Shown: positions 13,376 to 24,630 of the stretch, one piece after another
Layout: each line of letters begins with the position of its first letter
Position numbering within the stretch: the first letter of the stretch is position 1
Assembly (NCBI GenBank): GCA_964188305.1
Contig: OZ076886.1
Length of the DNA stretch: 64,000 nt
Source: Podarcis bocagei
Lineage: Eukaryota
Direction: 5' to 3' (one strand)
The notes under the pieces: model-generated
Database searches by the model: none
What the model was told of the DNA's origin: nothing
What the model saw: the letters and a program-made list of their open reading frames with translations, nothing else
Translations under genes and position numbers: made by a program

Positions 13376-14379
13376 GCCTATAGCACTTGTGATTAGTGAA
13401 GAAACTGGCCTATGATTTACCTTAGAATGTCCTACATTGTTACTAGATGTATGGATGGAAAGATAGATGCCATATAGATAATACTTAAGGAATTCTATAT
13501 ATGAGAACTCTGATACAAACAGACCTGATCTACACCTCCTAAACTAATGTGCAGATAAGAACTTAGTTGCACACCAGTTCTCATACTTCCCAGATGATTG
13601 GATGCAGTTCTTGGCTTAAAAAAGGTATCACAATATATTAGAAATCCATATTTTCAGAGGAAAATCATAATATGAGAGAAAAAATACATTTAGAATGTAT
13701 ATTTTAATGCATGTTAAATGTACATTTTTATGCTGATCTTTTTAAATTGCAGATTAATGCAGAATCAGAACAGAACAGATTTATGGGTGAATACATATGG
13801 AAATGACATGGAAATGAAATAAACTTGTATCACTTATACCTAATTGATGGATAGACTGGGGCAGTGTAGCAAATATTAGTGTGTCTGTATAACTTTGTTA
13901 AAAACTTGCTTCAAGTTCTGTTTGTCATGTGTCAAACAAGGTTAATTTATGTTAAAAACATTACAGTTATTGAAGAGGGGTCTTAGAAAAGAGGTAAGGA
14001 GACTGGTTATGTCAAGGGCTATGTGACAGTTGCTATGATACAAAGAGTGTTCTTCTGCCAACACCAGACAAAGCACTAGCAAGCTAGCATGTCACAGCAG
14101 AGACTGCCCCGGGCTCCCACATCATAAGGAGACCTCCTTCTCTGAAATACCACATTAAATTCCTTTGCACGTTGATATTCAAACAAGAGGGAGAAATTGA
14201 AATCACTATTCTGATGCAAAAATGGTTTGATATAGGGAAAAGAACTGTGGATGAGAATATGAACAAGATAAGATTTGGGTCATCACCATAAGGGACTTAT
14301 TTCTCAATTAAAAATTCAGCACATCTCTTCAGATGCCAGTCATCACCTCCTTGTGCAGCACTAGGGACTAGCCTTGACA

Positions 14380-15230
14380 TTTTGTCATATGAACTACTGG
14401 CTCTCTCATGAAGCAACACTTAAAACAAAGCTCAAATACCTTTGCAGCTTCATGCCAGTGTAAGCCACACTTTAGTCACTTAAGAGCTAATTAATGCCAA
14501 GAACTGATGGGTTGTATCCAACTGGTGTCTCTCTGCTGATGGAAGGCTCTCTGATCCAGTGGTACCTTCTTCTAGTGGAACATGGATAGAGAGAATATCC
14601 TGCAATGCCCCTTCCTCCTGAAGCCCATCATCCCAACCCTGGGTTTGAGGATCACCTTCACCATTGCCAAAGATTGCCTGCTGGAACAAAGAGTTCTTGG
14701 CTGGAGAAGCATCAGTTGGATACAAGTCTGTAAGTATTCTTCTGATGAGGAGCCAAATGATAACACTATGGATGCTGTGGGCAGGTGTTAACAGTTCTGC
14801 TTTGGGCAGCTCTTTAAGAACAGATAGCAGTATACAGGAATATTAGAATGAATTTTAATATTACAAGACTGAACCCAGGATTCTAGAGGCCCAAAGATAT
14901 TGGCCTGGCCTACTGCTATCCAGCTGTTACCCGCTTGCAGTCCTGATCATAAGGACAGAGGCACACCCCAGCCAGCAGGTACATGTCTGCTTCATATCAA
15001 GGTTTCCACTTCCTTCTCCAATAATGTAGTAAAAATCATACTGTGTCCTCACATCACATTGTGCATTTCCTACCTGCACCATGCAATGTTGCAACACCAG
15101 GTGAGGAAGGCAAGAGATATACATATGATGCTATCAGGGCACAAGCTATGGAGAAGGAAAAGGAGAATGTGACATGGGGCTGTTATTTTCTGTGGTGGCC
15201 TCCTCTTTTTCATCACATTGTTTTGAGTTT
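14380..15230 (+). mobile_element. Highly degraded Ty3/Gypsy gag remnant
   Basis: Across frameshifts: SLLMEGSLIQWYLLLVE, FED, AKDCLL...SVG, and EKEK..GCYF/CGG..FIT.C (eroded CCHC knuckle), in gag order. Confidence 0.5.
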
Positions 15231-17079
15231 GGTTGCAACTTTCAAGGACAAGTGGGGCATACCTGGGTCTTCCTTACCATTGGATTAAAGCTACTGAGGC
15301 ATTAGAAAAGTTTGAGATGAACAGTATACACAGCGTTTGTCAAATGAAAAGTGCCAGGTGCCTCACCTCTTCACAGGATCTGGCCTCCTCTACACTACTA
15401 ATAGGATTCCTCCCATCCCCACAACTGTTCTAGTTTGGAACAGCAGCAAAAAGGATATTATAGAACTGGAAGTATGTCTAGAGTTTCTCTATATGGTTCC
15501 CTGGGGTCAATGTTACTGATTCACCACTTACAAGAAGTTATATAACAAGTTTCAGAAAATATAACTGCAGTAAGTGGCAGAGGAATGACTGTCCCCCACC
15601 TCAGTGAACAATATTTAAGCTTGAAAACTCTAACAAGTTATGAGGGGGTGAGCATAAGAAGATAGAATGAAAAATGCTACAAAATATATATCTTATTCCT
15701 TTTTAACTTCTAGGAGTTCCTCGGACATAAAGAAATTATAACTCAGCATCAACATTGCCCCTTTAAGGCAAGCAAAACTAAAGGCAGCATTAACATACTA
15801 TTAAGCTTCAGTTCTCAAGGCACAGTTGGCACTACTAAAGCCCAAGCAAAATCAAAGGCGGCATGAAGGCACAGATCTCTGAGCGCAACACTTGAAACAT
15901 TTTTAATACAGAAATGGAGAAACTTGGATGTCTCCACTCTGTGGGTCACTGTCAAGTGAGGAAATTGCAAAGTGAAAAGTCACCTTAGATGTGCATGAAA
16001 CAAGGTATGCTCTAATAACACAATGAATCAATGTCCTTCACCTTTCACTCATGTGCAAACATATACTAGCTCACATAAAAGCTTCAAAAGTCGCAGGGGG
16101 GAAAAGATTTAGCCACTGTCTGGTATTTGAAAATATGCCTGAAAATATTTGTTGGGTTTGTTCTACGTAGGGAAGCTCATACTTCTAAAATAGTATTGAT
16201 GATAGCCAAGACTGACAACATCTAGTCCAGCCTTCTCTGTAAAAAAGCCTTCATAACTTGCCTTGAACCTGAGACCCAAAAGATTTCAAGCAGGGAGTCA
16301 GCCTGTGTACCACTAGTCTGTTCTGTCCAAATAAACTAACAAGAGGGATACCAGCAAGGAATCTTCGTAACAACAAGCCAGAAAGGAGCTTACCTAACCT
16401 GTTTAAAACTCTGATGCCGTACTTGCCACTGATCTAAACAACAAACAGTCTCTGTTGATGTATTCTTCCAGTAGACCACATTGACCCTGTTTTACTTTCA
16501 CACATCCCTCATCTTGCCCTGCTTCCAATTTAACTAAAGTTTATGCTAATACTCCCATGGCCCCCAAAAGCTGACCAACCATTCCTCTTTAAGACCCTAG
16601 ACTTTATCCTAAGTGGTGCCCACAACCTGATGTTGAGATGTGGTGTTGAAATGACCACAGTCAAATTCAACACATATGTTAAGTTGGAAGTTACCAATGA
16701 AGTCCATCACAAATCACATTTGATATATATATAAAAGAAACTGAGGGGACTAGTTAAAAGAAAGTTTTAAAAGGAGGAGGATCAAATATCTCCAAAAACC
16801 TTAGAGGTTATTTTAAACCATAAAAGCTAAAACAATCTAATGGAAGCATCTCATTTGTGCAATAACTCCCACCTGCACAACGGACCACCTGTCCAAATCT
16901 GAGGGTGAAGAGAGGGAATGGAAGTCCCATTGCATGGACATTTGTTAGATACAACCCATAGCTAGAATTTATAAAGACACCAACAAGTCTAAGAGGATGT
17001 CAGAGTGGTTAATAAGCAGAATTGAGCTAGAAAAACTGCAAAAGGCAAGGAAGATTCCTTCAAAGAAAGGGGGGGAGGA

Positions 17080-17117
<38 letters not shown>
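17080..17117. repeat. (TTA)n microsatellite
   Basis: Direct reading. Confidence 0.95.
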
Positions 17118-17124
<7 letters not shown>

Positions 17125-17219
17125 ATGATTTAAATCACAGCCTTTCTGCTAAAAGAAGATTGTTGTAAACCGCTGTAATATCTACATGATACAGCAGCAA
17201 TGTTTTTGTTTTTTTTAAG

Positions 17220-17348
17220 AAAAAGAGGTGCGTTTTTTTAGAAAACGCACCATGAACATCTCACTCGTTCTCTTCTAATGGCAATGGTGCCCACCTGAGA
17301 GGTGCCAGAACTGAATTCTGGCAGCTTCCAGCTGAAAAGAAAGCCCTG
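17220..17348 (-). mobile_element. Non-autonomous DNA-transposon fragment (CAGGGCTTT end)
   Basis: Reverse strand cagggctttcttttcagctggaagctgccagaattcagttctggcacctctcaggtgggcaccattgcc resembles a recalled lacertid repeat. Confidence 0.5.
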
Positions 17349-18037
17349 TACAGTGATGTATAAATATTTTTATGAATAACTTAAAAAAACAAACCACCCC
17401 ACCTCCAAATACAAAACGCTTGAAAGAAATAAAGAGATAGTGTGACATAACAACTGGAGTTCATATTTTATAAACTTGTCTAAACAAAACTGCCTTGGCC
17501 AGAAGGTAGAAAGTCAAAAGGAAGGGAACCTCTCACAGAATAAAATTCTGTAACTGGGATGCGGCCACTTAAAATACACTTCCACATATTGCAGACATCA
17601 GAGCCTTAAGTCTGTGCTGGGATACAGAAAGGGGCCTTGAATGTCTTACCCAAATGAGAACAAAAGAATGTGTCGAATGTGGCAATATTAAGACAATCTA
17701 AAGAAAGAACAATGTGAAGAGCTTATTACTTTCACCACATATGACGCTCATCAGAATTCCACCTCTCAATTCAAACCCAGTTTAATTTACATTCCCCCAC
17801 CCTCAGTCTCCAGTCTCCAACCCAGGTACAGCCCCTCCACAAACAATTGCCCAAGTGGAGTGTCCTCACCTTCATCTCACCTCAACAGACTGGACCAAAG
17901 TGCTAATAATTTATGGCAAAGTTCAGGATTTACCCACTTTTTAACCTTTACCATACATATTCAAGAGATATGGACAACTTGTGGCACAAGGATAAATGAT
18001 GTCAAACCTATATCTGTTTACAAGTGCTGTATATACA

Positions 18038-18291
18038 AAGAAGAAGAAGAAGAGTTTGGATTTGATATCCTGCTTTATCGCTACCCAAAGGAGTCTCAAA
18101 GGAGCTAACAATCTCCTTTCCCTTCCTCTCCCACAACAAACACTCTGTGAGGTGATTGAGGCTGAGAGACTTCACAGAAGTGTGACTGGCCCAAGGTCAC
18201 CCAGCAGCTGCATGTGGAGGAGCGGAGACGCCAACCCGGTACACCAGATTACGAGTCTACCGCTCTTAACCACTACACCACACTGGCTCTC
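18038..18291 (-). mobile_element. Squam3-type tRNA-derived SINE
   Basis: Reverse strand GAGAGCCAGTGTGGTGTAGTGGTTAAGAGCGGTAGAC (A box), CORE-like GGGTGACCTTGGGCCAGTCAC, (CTT)n tail. Confidence 0.88.
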
Positions 18292-18927
18292 CAGTGGCTT
18301 GACATTACACAGAATCCAGCTACACCTAACTGTTTATCCACTTTAAATTGCTGGAAAGGATAAATATCTGTTAAGCAATTTCAAACCTGTAAGAGAGTGG
18401 GGGGAAGAATGTGTTTTATTCGTTATATTCATAATAATGCTTTAAAGCTCTTGCAGCAAGCCAAGGAACAGCATGGTCTAAAACAGAGGATCTCATTTAA
18501 ATATTTGACATAAGCAATTGTCTGGATGGCATACACATTTTTATGAGCAGCACTTTTTATAATGCTAGTGGCTGTAAATAATGGAAAGCCAATTAAAACG
18601 AATATCTTATCAAGGACAAATGCCATTAAACTACAAATAAAACGTTTATGCCAAGTCGTGAAAAATCTACCCTATTTAGTTAATGAATTGAGCATGGGAT
18701 AATTTAGATTGCCAAACTACAATTTTAGAAAGCTGATGGGGATGTAAACCTGTGGAGAACTGCACTTCTATGTTAGTGTATTGATTTGACTAGCACTTAT
18801 TATGTTAGCAGCCTCTTGAATTTTATTATGAAGTGGAATTGAAAAGTTCCTCTTTTTCTGCTTGTCTCCTTAAACTGACTTGTTTTATTTAATGTATGCT
18901 TCACATCCCATTTAAGATTAGATTAAC

Positions 18928-19016
18928 AACACAATCCTATGCATATTTACTGAGAGGTAAGTTCCACTGAGTTGAATGGGACTTACTCCTAGGTAAGCAT
19001 TTATAGGCTTGCAAAC
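18928..19016. mobile_element. ~85-bp palindromic MITE family member
   Basis: caatcctat...gtaagttccactgagttgaatgggacttact...ataggcttg; related copies near 20305, 25570, 31128, 36432, 37827 and 58948. Confidence 0.7.
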
Positions 19017-19212
19017 TAAGTCTGCATTCTACGGGCAAAGGGTTGAATAACTTCAGAGAGTTCAGTGCCAAAGAATTATGGGCTTCCCCACACTACATAT
19101 TTATTGAGCATTCATTTACTTTCCAAATCACACAAAGTACAATTCTTTTTCCAAAAGTGGATTTGTTGCCATTGGGGTAGTATATAACTAATTTTTACTG
19201 TTGGGTTTCCCA

Positions 19213-19300
19213 TAGGCATCTAGTTGGCCACTGTGAGAACAAAATGCTGGACTAGATGGACCATTGGCCTGATCCAGCATGCTCTTTTATGTTATGGTCT
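19213..19300 (+). mobile_element. SINE/LINE 3' fragment with TTATGTT-type tail
   Basis: ggccactgtgagaac...ctggactagatggaccattggcctgatccagca; a related copy lies in reverse at 37197-37380. Confidence 0.6.
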
Positions 19301-21066
19301 TACTCTTACTTTATTTTGATTGGTCAACTCTGAGTAAAATTTAGTTGAGTGTCATTCATACGATCTAATTTAATTGCCTAAACCTGAAATTCTGGTTCCA
19401 AAATTAATCCCTTCCATGAAAAATCAACAATCTGGAGGCACCCCATGTCCTTCTTCTGCCGGATAAGTGTTTTAAGGAATGAAGTTGAGACAACTGTCCC
19501 CTTTTCTTGCAAAACAGATTTTTTTAAAAAAAAACCAAAAGTTTAACCTATAACTAACTCACAAGTTACATTTGGTTTCAAATGTGACCAAACTTTTCCC
19601 ATCACCTGAAGGAATTCTAACATTATCCAGGTGCAATAAAGTGTGCTTTTAATGCCACTAGAGAGTTGCTTGAGTATTATTGCAGACACAGAACTGGCTG
19701 AAGAATCAAGAATCGGATGAAGAAACCAGCTTCTGGATTGACAGAATTGATATTTAACAGGATCCATGATAGGTTACTAGTCTCAATGCAGGCACTCTCA
19801 CATAGTGATGACTGACTCTGGGTGAATTGCTGCTGCCTTCAGCCCTGAGTGCCCAGGTGCCCCAACTGTGCATAGACACACTGTGTACAAGCAAGTGCTC
19901 CCGCATATAGGTTTATCTGCAGTCATTTTTGCTCAGTGAAGCAGGGATGCATTCTTGGTGGAAGAACTGGCGGAGTGACTCTGCTCCTGTTTCACTATAC
20001 GAATGTACTCGGAAACTGGTAAGGAAATCTATCACAAAGTGTGCAATGAGCAAATGATTAACATTAAATGAATACGTATAAATGCCCAACGAGCAAACCA
20101 GAATGAATACAAAAGGAACGCTCACAAACAAGTTGCCCTGCAAACATGTTGGAACAAATGCTCAATAAAGACTGGACATAATCTAATTTGTGCAAGCAAA
20201 TCAGTATGAATGTTCAATAAGTAGGTCATGTGAGAGAGTCCATAATTTGGCTTTGAACTCTCTGAAGTTATTTAACTCCTTGCCTATAGAGTGAAGATGA
20301 AGCCCATAATCCTATAAATGCTTACCTGGAAGTAAGTCCTATTCAACTCAGTAAACATGCATAGGATTGTGCTCTTAATCTAATAATCTTAAATGATGTG
20401 TGAAGTTTATGTTAAACAGAGCAAATTCCAAGGAGACAATGTTATGCAAACAGCAAATGGAAACCTTTTTATCCCACCTCATAAAAAGTAAAGAGGCTAA
20501 CATAATAAGTGCTAGTCAAATCAATACACTAACACAGAAGTGCAGTTCTCCACAGGTTTACATTCCCAACAGCTTTTTCAAAATGTAGTCTGGCTATCTA
20601 AATTATCTCATGCTCAATTCATTAACTAAATAGGATGGGTTTTTCAAAACTTTGCCTGCTTTATTAGTAATTTTGTGGCATTTGCACTTGAGACAATCAT
20701 TTTAATTGACTCTCCATTATTTGCAGACACTGAATGTATTTATCAGATTTGTTTCCCCAATTTCTGATCTTAAGGAGCTCACATTATTCTGTAAATACAG
20801 CAAAATTAAATCCAAATAGATCCCTGAAGAGAGGGGAAGCAGGAGAACAGAACCAAAAAGCAGCAGCAGCAACAAAAACACACAGAGAGACACCAGAATA
20901 TTTTCCCACACAGATAAAATTCAATTTCTATAGCAAAGGCCAAAGGAACAGAAGCAGAAGCAGCTCTGTTCTGACTTGGGACACACATGTGATGGTGTTT
21001 GCCTTCCTTTTCCTTCCTTGCTTGTCCCAAATAGGGCAGCTGTCATAGATGCTGTGTGGAGGAATC

Positions 21067-21202
21067 CAGGCATGGCCAAACTTGGCCCTCCAGCTGTTTC
21101 GGGACTACAATTCCCATCATCCCTAGCTAACAGGGTCAGTGGTCAGGGATGATGGGAATTGTAGTCCCAAAACAGCTGGAGGGCCAAGTTTGGCCATGCC
21201 TG
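21067..21202. mobile_element. Near-perfect palindromic hAT-type MITE (136 bp)
   Basis: Arms of ~59 bp: CAGGCATGGCCAAACTTGGCCCTCCAGCTGTTT...ATCCCT and its reverse complement, with one mismatch. Confidence 0.9.
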
Positions 21203-22260
21203 GATCAGTACCACCAGTAAATAAAGTCAAGGCATCGGATGGTCTTCACCTGCTTCCCTAATATGGTTTCCTTAACACAGGATAGCTGGTCTTTCAAGAC
21301 CACTGTGGTTGTAGTGGTGGAACTCCTACTGAGATGTAGCAACTGTATCCCAGTGGCTTGCACATAATTCATAGTAATTATATGTAACATGAAAATAACT
21401 ACACATCATTCTAAAAATTATATTCTGCAGCCTATACTAACTATGCATAGACAATACAACCAACTCTAACCAAGCAATCCAGATCCCTAACCTGATGTGG
21501 TGGTGAAGGTTTAGATGAGATGGAGGCTTGCCTCTGCTGGTCCCTGGGAGCACCCTGTGGGCCTGCCCAAATGGCAACTGAGCAGAAGCTTCCACCAGTG
21601 CTATCTCCACTGGCAGCATCCTGTAGAACAGCTCCTGAAACAGAGCATTCAGATCTGACCTGGCCTGGAGCAGGATCTGCTGGATCCAGAACCAGATCTG
21701 TTGCCATCGTGCAATGGCAGTAGGCTGGATCCAGGTCTCTTCACTGCCCAAGCCCAGCAACTAGAGTAACAAAGAGGCTTTTCCCCTCCCCCCGGTCCCC
21801 ACCTTCCACCCTGACCAGTGTGAGTGGCAGAACTGCGGATGCAGCAATGGCAACACTGCTCCATTAATACCTGCCACTGCCAGCCATGGGGTTTAGATTC
21901 TGCTCTAAGTGTATGTACTTGAGTTTTATGATTTCAGCAAAGACAATTACTTGGCCAAGAGAAAAATAGAGCAGAAAATATGTCATAAATGTTTTGTGAG
22001 GCAGCACTGTGAACAAGCATGTCTCTGTGCTGCACAATCAATCTGCTGATTCTTTTAAAAAGTTACAAGAGCAGGCCATAAATCAGAGGTACAATTTATT
22101 TGCAGCTTTATAGAGACATCCTGAGTCACAGAGTCTTAAATGACTTTGTCTTCACCTTGTGTGCATTTTTGTTTTAAGAAAAGATAAGAGTGTTACATTC
22201 CCAATTTTATATTAAACGCTAAAATAGGAATGCTCCTTTTGATTTCTGTTGTTGTTATTA

Positions 22261-22502
22261 CAGTGGTACCCTGGGTTACATACGCTTCAGGTTACAAACG
22301 CTTCAGGTTACAGACTCCGCTAACTCAGAAATATTACCTCGGGTTAAGAACTTTGCTTCAGGATGAGAACAGAAATTGTGCTCCAGCGGCGCAGCAGCAG
22401 CAGGAGACCCCATTAGCTAAAGTGGTGCTTCAGGTTAAGAACAATTTCAGGTTAAGAACAGACCTCCAGAACGAATAAAGTTCTGAACCTGAGGTACCAC
22501 TG
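22261..22502 (+). mobile_element. Tc1/mariner (pogo/Tigger-like) MITE, 242 bp, TA TSD
   Basis: TA|CAGTGGTACC...GGTACCACTG|TA with internal CAGGTTA repeats; same length as the copy at 61922. Confidence 0.92.
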
Positions 22503-22582
22503 TACTTGGTTGCTTTCCTGAAAACCCAAGGATGTTTGGGTAATTTTGTTAAATGTCAGAAAAATAAGACAGCCAAATGAAA

Positions 22583-22625
22583 AATCTATCTATCATCTAT
22601 CTATCATCTATCTATCTATCCATCT
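22583..22625. repeat. (TCTA)n microsatellite
   Basis: Direct reading. Confidence 0.9.
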
Positions 22626-22658
22626 AACATTCCACACACAGAAAGCTTCGTGTCTATA

Positions 22659-22815
22659 CATGGGCGTAGCCAGGATTTATTTGGGGGTGAGAGACTTTAT
22701 GTTGCAGGGGCAGAACCGAGTTATCTGCAAAGCAGTTGGTTCAGTTAGTTATGTTTGTTTGTTTGTTTGATGGGGGGCAGTTGCCCCTCCCTGCACCCAC
22801 CTGTCTACGACCATG
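22659..22815. mobile_element. Short TIR element (catgggcgtagcc...gtctacgaccatg)
   Basis: Imperfect terminal inverted repeats. Confidence 0.55.
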
Positions 22816-23182
22816 GTATATAATCTGAACACAAACTTCAAACAAAAGACAAAAATACAGGGCCAAATCCATGCTTATTACTCTACCCCCATCTGTCCCT
22901 ATTTTTTTCCTCTTTTTCTTACATGGTAGATGAACAATTGGTGTAAAAGTACAGCTGCTGACAGGGCACGTACCTGATAAATATTGCTTGTCTACCTTCA
23001 ATGAATCAATAAGGTCAAGATGTGCCCAGCCAAGCAGAGGTTTTGCTGGTGGAATGATTTTGCTTTACTTAAAAAAGAGAGAAAAACCTTACTATAAAAA
23101 ATAGTAATACATGAAATGAGTGATTATGACTTAGTCCTTCCCCATTTTTTTACAGAGTCATCTATATTCTCTCTCTCTCTCT

Positions 23183-23620
23183 TACCATATAACACCGGTC
23201 TTGAAAGACCTGCATTGGCTCCCAGTACGTTTCCGAGCACAATTCAAAGTGTTGGTGCTGACCTTTAAAGCCCTAAACGGCCTCGGTCCAGTATACCTGA
23301 AGGAGCGTCTCCACCCCCATCATTCTGCCCGGACGCTGAGGTCCAGCGCCGAGGGCCTTCTGGCGGTTCCCTCATTGCGAGAAGTAAAGCTACAGGGAAC
23401 CAGGCAGAGGGCCTTCTCGGTAGTGGCGCCCGCCCTGTGGAACGCCCTTCCAGCAGATGTCAAAGCGATAAACAACTACCTGACATTCAGGAGACATCTT
23501 AAGGCAGCCCTGTTCAGGGAAGTTTTTAACGTGTGATATTTTATTGTATTTTTGGTTTTTATGGAAGCCGCCCAGAGTGGCTGGGGAGGCCCAGCCAGAT
23601 GGGCGGGGTATAAATAATAA

Positions 23621-23652
<32 letters not shown>
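23183..23652 (+). mobile_element. Young L2 LINE 3' fragment with (TTA)n tail
   Basis: Open reading LKDLHWLPVRFRAQFKVLVLTFKALNGLGPVYL...RAFSVVAPALWNALP...FRRHLKAALF; CpGs retained; ends in taaataataaa(tta)n. Confidence 0.93.
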
Positions 23653-23653
<1 letters not shown>

Positions 23654-24306
23654 GAACTACAATTTAATATATTATTGGTATTTTGTATTTTAAAAATATT
23701 CAATACCTTATCATAGTCTTATCCTTGTACTGTACCTTGTACCTTGGAGTATTTGGTCCAGGAAGGTGGCTTATAAATATTTAAATAAATAATATAATAT
23801 AATGGTCCTAAGTCCGAAAAGAGGTTTAAATAATCTTCTCCACAGTTCTTGGGCGTTTTGAGTTAATTGTGAGAGAAAAGGTGTACTAAAAAAAAAAAAG
23901 AGGGAGGCCTTGGAAACAGAACAAAAAGCTCATTTGCCTACTTAGAATGGTTAAATATATTGTATTGCCCTTGTGGTTAGGAAGGCTCCCCATGAATGGC
24001 GTGCATGTGTGTCAACCTGGGAGTGTGGTGGAGGGGGAGGCAGGGGAAGAAAGTTTTGGTTGCACAACTGAGAAAAACACAGAAATTACTAGCCAGAGAG
24101 ATTTGTAACTACATGTCAAATGAGTAGTAGAGGCATATGACAGACAAGAGACATGACAGAAGAGAATGAGTTTGGCGCTTTTGAGAACATGCATCAGGAG
24201 ACGTTAGAAGTCTGCATAGTGGTGGGATGGGTGGATTCTAAGTTCAACAATTCACTGATTTAATAGCGGAGGCTATTACCAGCTAAGGTAATAGCTACAG
24301 ATCTCT

Positions 24307-24404
24307 TTTGTTGTTGTTGTTGTTTAGTCATTTAGTCATGTCCGACTCTTCATGACCCCATGGACCAGAGCACACCAGGCACTCCTGTCTTCCATTGCCT
24401 CCCG
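24307..24404 (-). mobile_element. RTE/BovB-type LINE extreme 3' end, 9-bp TSD
   Basis: Reverse strand ...TGGTCCATGGGGTCATGAAGAGTCGGACATGACTAAATGACTAAA(CAA)n; CAGATCTCT at 24298-24306 and 24405-24413. Confidence 0.85.
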
Positions 24405-24610
24405 CAGATCTCTAATATGTATTATATTTCCTGATGCAATATTGAAGGACTGTTACATAGGACAGGACTTATGGATTCTTAAGGATAGCCAAAAATCATC
24501 AAATAACCGACCCACTGAAATAGGGCTAGATCTAGACACATCAAAGAAGCGTTTCAATTAAATGCGTTGTAAATTTAAACAGGGAAAATGGGTAGAGAAA
24601 AACAACGCTC

Positions 24611-24630
24611 CACAGCGCCATCTGGTGACA
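24611..24630 (-). promoter_or_regulatory. Candidate CTCF binding site
   Basis: Reverse strand TGTCACCAGATGGCGCTGTG closely matches the CTCF core CCACCAGRKGGCGC. Confidence 0.55.

Noticed and set aside
14500-15290. Degenerate GPCR pseudogene (YFLWWPPLFHHIV resembling TM6)
   Set aside because: No convincing DRY or NPxxY motifs; the same bases read better as a Gypsy gag with an eroded zinc knuckle.
18200-18291. tRNA gene (also 9100-9194)
   Set aside because: A/B boxes belong to SINE heads that continue into SINE bodies and tails; no complete cloverleaf.
21067-21202. miRNA precursor hairpin
   Set aside because: Member of a multi-copy MITE family with CAG termini; no recognisable mature miRNA.
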